From Gemmatimonadota bacterium (lineage in GTDB: Bacteria; Gemmatimonadota; Gemmatimonadetes; Gemmatimonadales; GWC2-71-9), in contig JAZDCZ010000386.1 of NCBI GenBank assembly GCA_036679605.1, positions 32,001 through 96,000 of the forward strand: DNA of 64,000 bases, read 5' to 3'. The position numbers and the translations under genes are program-made. Shown piece after piece: positions 1-9,363 of this stretch (the stretch's first letter is position 1; each line of letters begins with the position of its first letter). The notes beneath the pieces are model-generated. The model worked only from the letters and a program-made list of their open reading frames with translations, was not told where the DNA came from and did no database searches.

Positions 1-2
1 AG

Positions 3-149
3 GCGATTGTCTTTGGGGATATCAACGATCCCAACTCGCGGGTCCGGGCGTTGGCGGACGACGGCCGTGGCTACCACGTGTTAGGAAGTCTCAACACGCG
101 GCCTGCGGTGACGTACCTGAAGAAGGTCCGTAACGTGACCGAGGCATAG
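3..149 (+). CDS. actB: Alternative complex III subunit ActB, C-terminal fragment (5' end outside window)
   Basis: Frame from nt 3 reads [48 protein letters not shown], stop TAG 147-149. This is the typical NrfC/DmsB-like C-terminus and lies directly upstream of actC. Confidence 0.8.
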   Translation, partial: AIVFGDINDPNSRVRALADDGRGYHVLGSLNTRPAVTYLKKVRNVTEA

Positions 150-155
150 CTCGAC

Positions 156-1508
156 ATGACGACAGTAGCACAGCCGGAAGCCCAGGCGGCCCTGCCGACC
201 TACGACGAGATAACAAGGGACATTGCGGGCACGCTCGGCAAGCCTGCTAAGGGATACTTTATCCTGCTGGGGATTACGCTGGTGATCTTGGCTATAGGCG
301 CCGGCGCCCTGCTATACCAAGTCCGTTTCGGACTGGGAGTAGCCGGGTATACACCACCTGTGTTGTGGGGCGTGTACATCACGACATTTGTGTTCTGGGT
401 TGGTATCGCGCACTCCGGCACGTTGATATCCGCAATCCTCTATCTCTTCCGGTCGAAGTGGCGCACGGCGGTCTACCGCACGGCTGAGGCGATGACAGTA
501 TTTGCGGTGATGACAGCCGGATTGTTCCCATTGATCCACGTCGGTCGAATCTGGTATGCGTATTGGCTCTTCCCGTATCCCAACCAGCGGCAGCTCTGGG
601 TGAATTTCAAGTCGCCGCTCGTGTGGGATGTTTTTGCGGTATCGACCTACTTTACTGTTAGCACTGTTTTCTTGATCGTAGGTTTGATTCCCGACATCGC
701 CTCGCTCCGAGACATCGCTACTGGATGGAGAAAGAAACTCTATAGCATCACCTCGCTGAACTGGCGCGGTACCGACCAACAGTGGCGTCACTATACCCGG
801 GCGTATCTGTACCTCGCCGCGCTCGCAACCCCGCTGGTTCTGTCGGTGCACAGTGTCGTTTCGTGGGACTTTGCGATGGCCATCGTTCCCGGATGGCACG
901 CCACGATTTTCGCGCCCTACTTCGTGGCGGGAGCGATCTATTCCGGCGTGGCGATGGTGATTACGCTGTTGGTACCGCTGCGAAAGGCGTTTCGACTCGA
1001 GCGGTACATCACGGTCCATCACTTCGAGAACCTCTCAAAATTAATGTTGCTGACGGGCCTAATAGTAGGATACGCCTACGCCATTGAATATTTCATGGCA
1101 TGGTACAGTGCGAATCCGTTTGAGCGGGCATCGTTCTGGAACCGCGCATTTGGCGATTACTGGTGGGCTTCCTGGACGATGCTCATCTGTAACGGCATGC
1201 TGCCTATGTTCTTCTTCTTCAAGAAAGTGAGACGGAGCATCCCAGCGCTGTTCCTACTCTCGTTGTTCGTCAATCTGGGAATGTGGTTCGAGCGGTTTGT
1301 GATCATAGTGGTGTCGCTTTCGTTCGAGTATGAGCCCTATGCAATGGGACACTACACACCCACTTGGGTTGAGTGGGCGATATTGGCAGGCAGCTTCGCA
1401 TGGTTCTTCATGTGGTTCTTATTGTTCGCAAAGAACTTCCCAACGGTCTCGATCACTGAAGTGAAGGAGATTATCCCGCTGCCAAGAAGGAAGGCGGCAC
1501 AATCATGA
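156..1508 (+). CDS. actC: Alternative complex III subunit ActC (NrfD/PsrC-family quinol-binding membrane subunit)
   Basis: About 10 TM helices; motifs FVFWVGIAHSGTLISAIL, AEAMTVFAV, HVGRIW, SPLVWDVFAVSTY, LSVHSVVSWDFA, GMWFERFVI. Confidence 0.92.
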   Translation: MTTVAQPEAQAALPTYDEITRDIAGTLGKPAKGYFILLGITLVILAIGAGALLYQVRFGLGVAGYTPPVLWGVYITTFVFWVGIAHSGTLISAILYLFRSKWRTAVYRTAEAMTVFAVMTAGLFPLIHVGRIWYAYWLFPYPNQRQLWVNFKSPLVWDVFAVSTYFTVSTVFLIVGLIPDIASLRDIATGWRKKLYSITSLNWRGTDQQWRHYTRAYLYLAALATPLVLSVHSVVSWDFAMAIVPGWHATIFAPYFVAGAIYSGVAMVITLLVPLRKAFRLERYITVHHFENLSKLMLLTGLIVGYAYAIEYFMAWYSANPFERASFWNRAFGDYWWASWTMLICNGMLPMFFFFKKVRRSIPALFLLSLFVNLGMWFERFVIIVVSLSFEYEPYAMGHYTPTWVEWAILAGSFAWFFMWFLLFAKNFPTVSITEVKEIIPLPRRKAAQS

Positions 1509-2008
1509 AGAGTCCAAGTGGAATTGTGGCCGTCTATCGTTATGTCGATGCAGCCGCCGATGCCATTCGCGCACTCAAGGAAATGGGGTACCGGGACTTC
1601 ACGGTCTACACTCCGGTCCCGAACGCCGAAATAGCGGAGGCGGTCGGGCACAAGGTAAGTCCAGTTCGACTATGGACACTTATTGGCGGACTGGTCGGTC
1701 TCACCGCCGGGTTTGCCATGGCACTGTGGATGTCATATGACTACCCGATAGTGGTGGGCGGCAAGCCTCTAGGGTCGGTTATTCCCTACGTTGTCATCGG
1801 GTTTGAATTGACGATCTTGATCGGAGCGCTGTCGACGGTCGCCGGGTTGGTGATCCACAGCTTGCTGAGCTACCGGAAAGCGGGCTTCGACGGCCGGTTC
1901 ACGAACGACTGTGTGGGAGTGTTTGTGCCTTGTCCTGTGGAGCGAAGACCAGCGGTAGAAGAGTTGTTGCGGTCGCATGGCGCGGAGGAGGTGCGGGTTG
2001 AAGCGTAG
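1505..2008 (+). CDS. actD: Alternative complex III subunit ActD (DUF3341-like)
   Basis: ATGA overlap with actC; YTPVP, two TM helices, DYPIVVGGKP, FELTIL. Confidence 0.88.
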   Translation: MKSPSGIVAVYRYVDAAADAIRALKEMGYRDFTVYTPVPNAEIAEAVGHKVSPVRLWTLIGGLVGLTAGFAMALWMSYDYPIVVGGKPLGSVIPYVVIGFELTILIGALSTVAGLVIHSLLSYRKAGFDGRFTNDCVGVFVPCPVERRPAVEELLRSHGAEEVRVEA

Positions 2009-2540
2009 TCTTGCGGTAGTTGCTTTGATGGTACTCGCCGGAGGTTGCACTCGCGACGCGTGGCAACGATTGCCCGGGCCGGATGACGCTGTCGCTCTGG
2101 TGCCGTGGTTTGCCGTTATGCATCGCGGTATTGCCATTCAACCCTACAAGATGATGCGGCCGCCCGTTGAAGGTACGGTGCCGGTCACCGGTATTGAGCC
2201 GCCGCTCCCAGTGCTTCCGGCCAACTACTCAGCGATCGACAGGTTGGAGAACCCCGCCGAACGTACCGCTGAATCGTTGAATACCGGACGCAAGTACTTC
2301 GAGCGGTTTTGCACGCCCTGCCACGGGCCGACTGGGGCTGGAGACGGGTTGGTCAATGCCAAATTCTTCATCGCCCCCAGCCTTCTGACCGATAGAGCGA
2401 ATGGCCTTTCCGACGGAATGATTTACGCCATCATCCGGCACGGACGCGGGGCGATGAATGCGTATGGCGAAGGGGTCCGGGGAATGAACCGCTGGCACGT
2501 GGTGAACTATGTGCGTCAGTTGCAGGGGGCGTCACAGTGA
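1998..2540 (+). CDS. actE: Alternative complex III subunit ActE, monoheme cytochrome c lipoprotein
   Basis: TTG start at 1998 after GGAGGAGG; lipobox LAGGC; CTPCH heme motif; distal GRGAM. Confidence 0.88.
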   Translation: MKRSLAVVALMVLAGGCTRDAWQRLPGPDDAVALVPWFAVMHRGIAIQPYKMMRPPVEGTVPVTGIEPPLPVLPANYSAIDRLENPAERTAESLNTGRKYFERFCTPCHGPTGAGDGLVNAKFFIAPSLLTDRANGLSDGMIYAIIRHGRGAMNAYGEGVRGMNRWHVVNYVRQLQGASQ

Positions 2541-3790
2541 GCGCAACAGTCGATCAAGACATTTTTAGGCGCGGAGCGAACGCTCCCGCGCAAGGATTGT
2601 TGGTCGGTGGCGCCGTATTGGCCGTACTTGGCGCAGGGCTGTTCCTCATGCTCTTGAGTGGTGACGACCCCGCGCGAGCCTGGCGCGTGTTCCATATCAA
2701 TTTCTTGTTCTTCACGGGCCTGTCGCAGGGTGCGATCATCTTTGCCGCAATACAGAAGGTGGTAAAGGCCCACTGGTCGGGGCCCATAGTGCGGTTCGCC
2801 GAGGCGACAGTAGCGTTCTTGCCGGTGTCGCTCATCTGTTTTCTCATCCTTTTCCTGGGGAAGCACCACCTGTTTCCCTGGATCGAGCATCCCACACCGG
2901 CGCGCGGTAATTGGCTGACGGTGCAGTGGGTGTTCTGGCGTGATCTCACTGCGTTGCTCGCCGTTTTTGGTGTAGCGATCGCATTCGTCTATAACGACCT
3001 CAAGCCGGATGTATCTCAACTCAGGGAGCACGTCACAGGGTGGCGACGGGCTCTGTACGACAAGATTGCGGGCGACTTTACTGGCGATCCCGAACAGCTC
3101 CAGAAGATCGAGCAGAGAATCCACTGGCTCGCCCCGCTGTTGATCATTCTATATGCCTACACGTTCTCGATCGTCGCTTTCGACCTCATCATGTCTCTGG
3201 CACCGTATTGGGTAAGCAATTTGTTTGGAGCGTTCTTTTTCATGGGGGCGTTCCTGACTGGGCTTACAACCCTGGCGCTGGCGATGGTATACTGGCGTAA
3301 GCAACTGGGCATGGAGTCTGTCATTGGCATTCATGATTTCCACGATCTCGGCAAGCTCATCTTTGGCTTCTCGATCTTTTGGGCCTATCTGATGTACAGC
3401 CAGCTGTTGGTTATCTGGTATGGGAATCTGCCGGAGGAGACATCGTTTCCGTTCTATCGGCTCTGGGGAGACTGGCAACCGATCGCGATTACCGTGGGCC
3501 TCATGGTTTTCCTGATTCCGTTTTGGGGCCTGATTTGGGTCAAGTCCAAGATTACGCCGTTCACCTTCACGCTGTTTTCATTAGTTAGTCTTGCGGGCGT
3601 GTGGCTCGAACGCTACCTGCTAGTCCAGCCTTCACTGACAGAACATGGGCCGGAATTCGGATTACCCGAGTTTGCGGTAACGGCAGGTTTCTTGGGACTC
3701 TTCCTCCTGGCGTACGGATTCTTTGCCCGTACGTTCCCGATGGTGAGCCCACGGCTTGTCGAACGAGCGACAGTGGTGCACCGACACTAG
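2537..3790 (+). CDS. actF: Alternative complex III subunit ActF (NrfD-like membrane subunit)
   Basis: GTGA overlap; polytopic; FDLIMSLAPYWVSNLFG, HDLGKLIFGFSIFWAYL, SQLLVIWYGNLPEE. Confidence 0.88.
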   Translation: MSATVDQDIFRRGANAPAQGLLVGGAVLAVLGAGLFLMLLSGDDPARAWRVFHINFLFFTGLSQGAIIFAAIQKVVKAHWSGPIVRFAEATVAFLPVSLICFLILFLGKHHLFPWIEHPTPARGNWLTVQWVFWRDLTALLAVFGVAIAFVYNDLKPDVSQLREHVTGWRRALYDKIAGDFTGDPEQLQKIEQRIHWLAPLLIILYAYTFSIVAFDLIMSLAPYWVSNLFGAFFFMGAFLTGLTTLALAMVYWRKQLGMESVIGIHDFHDLGKLIFGFSIFWAYLMYSQLLVIWYGNLPEETSFPFYRLWGDWQPIAITVGLMVFLIPFWGLIWVKSKITPFTFTLFSLVSLAGVWLERYLLVQPSLTEHGPEFGLPEFAVTAGFLGLFLLAYGFFARTFPMVSPRLVERATVVHRH

Positions 3791-3818
3791 TTCCGCGGGC
3801 CAGGTGCTATGTTTGCGG

Positions 3819-3866
3819 CCCGCTTCCCGCTTCCCGCTTCCCGTTAATCCCTACTCCCTACTCCCT
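3819..3866 (+). repeat. Intergenic heptamer tandem repeats
   Basis: CCCGCTT x3 plus CCCGTT (3819-3845), then CCCTACT x2 plus CCCT (3849-3866). Confidence 0.85.
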
Positions 3867-3896
3867 GCCGGTAGCAGGTCTTCGTAGCTTTAAGGC

Positions 3897-4904
3897 ATGA
3901 GAGATCGAGCCCTCATTTGGTCTACCGCTCGCGAACTGGCCGAGTGCGATGCAAGAGGCACGCTGGTCACGATTTCCAGCCGACGCGGTTCCTTGCCCAT
4001 GGGGAGCGACGCCAAGATGCTGGTCGCGCTGAACGGCGATCGCCGAGGAACGGTGGGCGGTGGGTGTGTCGAGGGAGATGTGATACGACAGGCCCTCGAG
4101 GTGGCACAACGAACGCAACCCGAGTTTGCGCGACACAAACTGGATGCAGACTCTGCCGGCGATATCGGACTTTCCTGTGGCGGCACGGTCGAGTTCTTCT
4201 TGGAGCCCGTAGTCGCGTCCGACGAGATGGCACAACTCTATGGAGCGGTAGCTGGAGCCATACTGAGTCGGCGTCGCGCTACGGTATACACCGGTGGCGA
4301 CTGGAGTAACGGCCCGTGCAAGGCGGTTCGGTTGGATTCGGGTCTCCGGCGGGTGGGCGACTTGGAGGAAACTCCCGCCTTATCTGACGACGGCACATAC
4401 TTCGACTCGGCAACCAACACCTTGGTGGAGTCGATTCGGCGAGTTCCCCGCGTGGTGATCTTTGGTGCCGGGCACGTCGGTAAGGAAATCGCGAAGGTCG
4501 CCGCAGGCGCAGGATTCCAGGTGACCATCGTCGACGACCGTGCGGAGTTCGCCGATCCGGAACGCATACCATGGGCCGACGAGGTGGTGGCAGAAGATTT
4601 CCGCACCGTCCTGGATCGCATGGTGTTCGATGAGGATGATTTCGTACTGTCCACAACGCGCGGCCACAAGTTCGACGCCTACGTTGTGGAGCGGACTGCG
4701 GGATCTCCGGCACGGTACGTGGGCATGTTGGGCAGCCGGCGCAAGCGTAAGGTCCTCTTGCGTGCGCTCGAGCAGGGCGGAGTGTCACAGCAGTCGCTGG
4801 ACCGAGTCAAAACCCCGATCGGCCTGGACATCGGCGCCGATACGCCGGAGGAGATCGCGGTGTCCGTGGTAGCGGAGCTGATCAAGATTTGGCGGCTGGG
4901 GTAA
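3897..4904 (+). CDS. xdhC: XdhC/CoxI family molybdenum-cofactor insertion chaperone
   Basis: GTVGGGCVE, GLSCGG, Rossmann-like FGAGHVG, YVGMLGSRRK, PIGLDIGADTPEEIAVSVVAELI. Confidence 0.88.
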   Translation: MRDRALIWSTARELAECDARGTLVTISSRRGSLPMGSDAKMLVALNGDRRGTVGGGCVEGDVIRQALEVAQRTQPEFARHKLDADSAGDIGLSCGGTVEFFLEPVVASDEMAQLYGAVAGAILSRRRATVYTGGDWSNGPCKAVRLDSGLRRVGDLEETPALSDDGTYFDSATNTLVESIRRVPRVVIFGAGHVGKEIAKVAAGAGFQVTIVDDRAEFADPERIPWADEVVAEDFRTVLDRMVFDEDDFVLSTTRGHKFDAYVVERTAGSPARYVGMLGSRRKRKVLLRALEQGGVSQQSLDRVKTPIGLDIGADTPEEIAVSVVAELIKIWRLG

Positions 4905-4994
4905 TTAGGGAGCACTCTTGCCAACCCCGGTACCCGACTGCAGCTTCGTCGAGTTGTCTGTTGGTACTTGCATCTAGTCCTCGCGGGAGGAATC

Positions 4995-7745
4995 ATGAAA
5001 CGCCGTTCAGCCGTATCAATTCTGGTGGCCACCGCCCTGTTATTGCCTCTCGGTTTGTCGACGGCGGTAGCCCAGCAACCAACGAAAGTCACGTCAGTCG
5101 AAGGCATCACGCAGTATGTCTTACCCAACGGACTTCAGGTGCTGCTGTTTCCCGACGCCAGTAAGCCAACTATTACTGTCAACATCACGTTCTTTGTTGG
5201 GTCCCGGCACGAGGGCTACGGTGAAACAGGCATGGCCCATCTCTTGGAGCATTTGGTCTTCAAGGGTACTCCAAATCATCCCGATATTCCGCAGGAGCTG
5301 ACCGAGCACGGCGCTCAGCCCAACGGGACTACATCGTTCGATAGAACCAATTATTTCGAGACCTTCCAGGCTGCCGACGAGCACCTCGATTGGGCGCTGG
5401 ATCTAGAAGCAGACCGAATGGTGAACAGCTTCATAGCCAAGAAAGCTCTCGAGTCGGAGATGACGGTGGTTCGCAACGAAATGGAGCTACGCGAAAACAA
5501 TCCGTTCGGGATTCTGATGGAACGCACCATGTCCACTATGTATCTGTGGCACAACTATGGAAAGTCGACCATCGGTGACAGGGCCGATGTCGAGAACGTT
5601 CCTATCCAGCGGCTTCAGGCGTTTTACAGGAAATATTATCAGCCCGACAACGCAATGCTCATTGTAGCCGGCAAGTTCGATCCCCCCAAGACGCTGGATC
5701 TCATCGTAGAGAAGTTCGGGTCAACCCCGCGTCCCGATCGCACGGGAGCAAACCGTATCTATCCAACCTATACGAGCGAACCCACCCAGGATGGTGAGCG
5801 TTTGGTGACACTGCGTCGAGTCGGTGATGTGCAGATTGTAATGGCCGCGTATCACGTTCCCCCTGGCTCTCACGAGCAGTATCCCGCGATCAGCGTATTG
5901 GCACATGTGCTTGGCAACCAGCCGTCGGGGCGGTTGTACCAGGCATTGGTCAAAAACGGTAAAGCCGCCGGAATCGGAGCGTTTGCGTTTCAATTGAAGG
6001 AGGCAGGGCCGTTGCTGACTTTTGCCCAGGTGCGTGAGGAAGACTCGTTGGATGAGGCAGCTCAGATTCTACGCGAAACTCTGGATGCTGTTGCGGAGCA
6101 ACCAATCACAGATGAGGAAGTAGAGCGGGCCCGCACTTCCTTGCTCAAGAATATCGATCTCACGTCCAACTCATCACAGCGAATCGCGTTGGGCTTGAGT
6201 GAATGGGCAGCTATGGGAGATTGGAGGCTCTTTTTCATTCACCGCGACGGCATACGGGCCGTAACCACCGAAGAGGTAAACCTCGCGGCTGCCGCATACT
6301 TGAAGTCACAGAATCGTACAGTGGGAATGTTCGTCCCAACGGAGACGCCGGACAGGGCGGCCATCCCTGCCGAGCCGGATGTTGCAGCAATAGTCAAAGA
6401 CTACACGGGGGACGAAGCCATTGCCGAGGGCGAAGAGTTCGATCCGTCGCACGAGAACATAGAAGCCCGCACAACGCGGAATACGCTTTCCAGTGGTTTC
6501 AAGGTTGCGCTCCTGCCCAAGGACACACGCGGCGAGACCGTCGTAGTCACATTTAGAATCCTGTTCGGTACCGAATCATCGCTCATGAACAAAGGTGCCG
6601 CGGGCGATTTGGCGGCTTCAATGTTGATGCGAGGCACGATGGAGCACAGCCGACAGGAAATATCGGACGAGTTCGATCGACTCAAGGCTCGCGTGTCCAT
6701 CGGTGGTGGTGGTAGCTCAACCAGTGGATCGATCGAGACTACGCGAGAAAACCTACCTGCCGTGTTGCGGCTCGTACGAGAAGTGCTGCGCGAACCGCGA
6801 TTTGATCCGGATGAGTTCCAGCAACTCAAGGAGCAGAGGCTGGCGGGATTGGAGTCGAACAAATCGGAGCCGCAGGCGTTGGGTTCGATAGCTTTCGGCC
6901 GACATATGTCACCGTGGCCCAAGGGGCATCCGCGTTACGTCGCCACAATCGACGAAGAGATTGAAGCCATCAAGTCGATCACCGAAAATGATGCGAAACA
7001 ATTTCATGAGCAGTTCTACGGTGCGGCGAGAGGACACATGGCAATCGTAGGTGATTTCGATGCCCCGGAGGTGCTGGAGATCGTAGAGCAAACCTTTGGC
7101 GATTGGACAGCTGAGATGGAGACTGCGCGCCTGCCGAGCGTTTACCGTGACATCACCCCCGAGAGAATAGTCATTGAGACACCGGACAAGGCCAACGCTT
7201 TCTTCCGAGCCGGAATTAACCTGGACATGGGTGATGACGATCCCGATTATCCGGCAATGGTGCTGGCAAATTACATGATGGGAGGTGGCTTCCTGAACTC
7301 GCGACTGGCGACCCGTATCCGGCGGAAGGACGGGTTGAGCTACTTCATAGGCTCGATTTTCTCGGCCCATCCGGTGGACCACAACGGGCAGTTTGGGGCT
7401 GTTGCGATATACGCGCCCGAAAACCGCGATCCGCTGGAGGCGGCCTTCCGCGAGGAGATCGAACTGGCCCTCGAGAAGGGATTCACTGCCGATGAAGTTG
7501 CTAAGGCCAAGGACGGGTATCTACAGTCCAGAGGAGTAGGTCGTTCGCAGGATCGTGCCCTTGCCGGCATGTTGTCCCAGGGATTGTACTTCGACCGCAC
7601 CATGGGTTGGGACGCAGAACTGGAACGGAAGATCGCCGATTTGACCCCCGATCAGATATTGCAGGCAATGCGCCGCCATATCGATCCTGACAAAATTACA
7701 GTTGTCGTTGCCGGTGATTTCGAGAAAGGTGTAGTGCCGGAGTAG
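4995..7745 (+). CDS. Secreted M16 (pitrilysin/insulinase family) zinc peptidase, fused two-module form
   Basis: ATG 4995 after GGGAGG; signal peptide; inverted zinc motif HLLEH; NGTTSFDRTNYFE; C-terminal module with IRRKDGLSY. Confidence 0.92.
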   Translation: MKRRSAVSILVATALLLPLGLSTAVAQQPTKVTSVEGITQYVLPNGLQVLLFPDASKPTITVNITFFVGSRHEGYGETGMAHLLEHLVFKGTPNHPDIPQELTEHGAQPNGTTSFDRTNYFETFQAADEHLDWALDLEADRMVNSFIAKKALESEMTVVRNEMELRENNPFGILMERTMSTMYLWHNYGKSTIGDRADVENVPIQRLQAFYRKYYQPDNAMLIVAGKFDPPKTLDLIVEKFGSTPRPDRTGANRIYPTYTSEPTQDGERLVTLRRVGDVQIVMAAYHVPPGSHEQYPAISVLAHVLGNQPSGRLYQALVKNGKAAGIGAFAFQLKEAGPLLTFAQVREEDSLDEAAQILRETLDAVAEQPITDEEVERARTSLLKNIDLTSNSSQRIALGLSEWAAMGDWRLFFIHRDGIRAVTTEEVNLAAAAYLKSQNRTVGMFVPTETPDRAAIPAEPDVAAIVKDYTGDEAIAEGEEFDPSHENIEARTTRNTLSSGFKVALLPKDTRGETVVVTFRILFGTESSLMNKGAAGDLAASMLMRGTMEHSRQEISDEFDRLKARVSIGGGGSSTSGSIETTRENLPAVLRLVREVLREPRFDPDEFQQLKEQRLAGLESNKSEPQALGSIAFGRHMSPWPKGHPRYVATIDEEIEAIKSITENDAKQFHEQFYGAARGHMAIVGDFDAPEVLEIVEQTFGDWTAEMETARLPSVYRDITPERIVIETPDKANAFFRAGINLDMGDDDPDYPAMVLANYMMGGGFLNSRLATRIRRKDGLSYFIGSIFSAHPVDHNGQFGAVAIYAPENRDPLEAAFREEIELALEKGFTADEVAKAKDGYLQSRGVGRSQDRALAGMLSQGLYFDRTMGWDAELERKIADLTPDQILQAMRRHIDPDKITVVVAGDFEKGVVPE

Positions 7746-7754
7746 CTTCACCCT

Positions 7755-8834
7755 CTACCGCGGTTTGAGGCGTACTAGTTGCATCAACGCCCGCAACGAG
7801 TCAACAGGTAACGCACCGTTGAGGGTTATTTGGAGTCCGTTACGCAGCGCACGTGCGCTGTTGAGCGTACCTAGCCCGGCAGCGCTACGGAGTTGATCTG
7901 CAGCTGTGCCCTCGGCCCGACCGCGAGCGAGACGGTCGGGCGAGTCCACCTGTTGTACGATCAGTTCCACAATCAGTTGGCGATCAAGTCGCTGCCTAAC
8001 GCGTACTAAACCTCTGCCTGCCACGGTGCTGGTTGCATAGTCGATTACCTCGACACCCGCTATGACAGGAACGCCGCTGGCCAGTGACGTCTCTGCATCT
8101 TTCTCACTTGCAACCATCCAAACCGTTCGTTCGGCTCCAACACCTGCGGCACTCCGGGGCGCTAGGCTGACACGACGGACACTCTCATCGGCCGCGACCT
8201 TTCGCGCTTCGAGAACTTCTCGAAACTCAACCGGTGCTGGACGGTCGGTCCGAGGTTCCGGTGCGGCCGCAACTTGCTCCAGGGCGCGATCGAGATCAAG
8301 AGGAGTCGTCACATCGCGAGCAGTAGATTCTTTGGCAATGGAGTCAGACATTGACCGATCGAGTGTCGGTGAGTCCTCAGCTCGCTGCGCTTGCGCCAAT
8401 GTCGGGGCCAACTCGTCGAGATCGCTCACGGGCACCTCAGATCGATTCTCCATCGGAGTAGCGCTCTGTACTGTCTGAGCCGGAGCGGGACCACCAGTTA
8501 TCAAGGCCGCGCGAGCATACCAGCCGGCACCCACGGCCAGAACAATGGTGGCTGCCCAGCCAACGGCTTTCATACGGCCAAGCGCCGGCACTGGGCGGGA
8601 CGTGTTCGGCTCGTCACGGAGAGCGCGCAGCTGCGCAAAGGGAGGAGCCGACACATCGGGCGGGCCTGACGCCGACAAAATCTGTGCAGCCCGGTCTTTG
8701 ACTCGTCGTGCATCATCCAGCGCGGCAGAGCATTTGCCGCATTCGGCGATGTGTTCGTCTATTGCCTGCTTGTCGTGCGCACCGCACTCGCCGTCCAGGT
8801 ATGCATGCAGCGTTTCTTTATCCACGTGCGACAT
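7755..8834 (-). CDS. Zinc-finger (zf-HC2/ZAS) transmembrane anti-sigma factor
   Basis: Likely start MSHVDKETLHAYLDGE at 8834; HIAECGKC (HxxxCxxC); one TM helix; overlaps the sigma gene. Confidence 0.85.
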   Translation of the reverse strand: MSHVDKETLHAYLDGECGAHDKQAIDEHIAECGKCSAALDDARRVKDRAAQILSASGPPDVSAPPFAQLRALRDEPNTSRPVPALGRMKAVGWAATIVLAVGAGWYARAALITGGPAPAQTVQSATPMENRSEVPVSDLDELAPTLAQAQRAEDSPTLDRSMSDSIAKESTARDVTTPLDLDRALEQVAAAPEPRTDRPAPVEFREVLEARKVAADESVRRVSLAPRSAAGVGAERTVWMVASEKDAETSLASGVPVIAGVEVIDYATSTVAGRGLVRVRQRLDRQLIVELIVQQVDSPDRLARGRAEGTAADQLRSAAGLGTLNSARALRNGLQITLNGALPVDSLRALMQLVRLKPR

Positions 8835-9327
8835 TGCCGGCCTCCAATGAGTCGTACGCCTCAACGAGCTTGGTGCGGGCACGCGCCAGTGTCGTACCGA
8901 CTGCGCCCTTTGAGAGCCCCATCTCCTCCGCGATCTCCTCGTAATTCAACCCGCCGTCCCACAACAACAGGACAGTCCTATCACGTTCGCTCAATTCGCT
9001 CAGCGCCCGCCGGACTAGCTCCATCTCTTCGAGGCGCTCTACGTCAGCGCTTGCGTCCGGCTGCGATTCTTGGTGCGCCTCGGCTTCTCCCTTGAGGAGA
9101 ACAAGATGTCTCTTGCGGCGTATCGCGGCTCTGGCTTCGTCCCGCGCAGTATTGTTCGCTACCGTAAACAGCCAGGTACGCGCATTTTGAGGATCGGCGT
9201 CGAGCGCTCTCACGAACACCTCCTGCGCGAGGTCTCGGGCCCGGTCCGCATCCCATACCTTGCGGTGAAGGAAGCGGACCAGGTCCGAGTAAGTCTCGCG
9301 GTACACCTGCTCCCAGTCAGTGGCCAC
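8818..9327 (-). CDS. ECF RNA polymerase sigma factor
   Basis: Region 2 ARDLAQEVFVRA and WLFTVANN; region 4 LNYEEIAEEMGLSKGAVGTTLARAR. Confidence 0.92.
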   Translation of the reverse strand: MATDWEQVYRETYSDLVRFLHRKVWDADRARDLAQEVFVRALDADPQNARTWLFTVANNTARDEARAAIRRKRHLVLLKGEAEAHQESQPDASADVERLEEMELVRRALSELSERDRTVLLLWDGGLNYEEIAEEMGLSKGAVGTTLARARTKLVEAYDSLEAGNVARG

Positions 9328-9363
9328 GAGGGCAAGATACAGGGACTTGCGTCAAGTTGTGAG

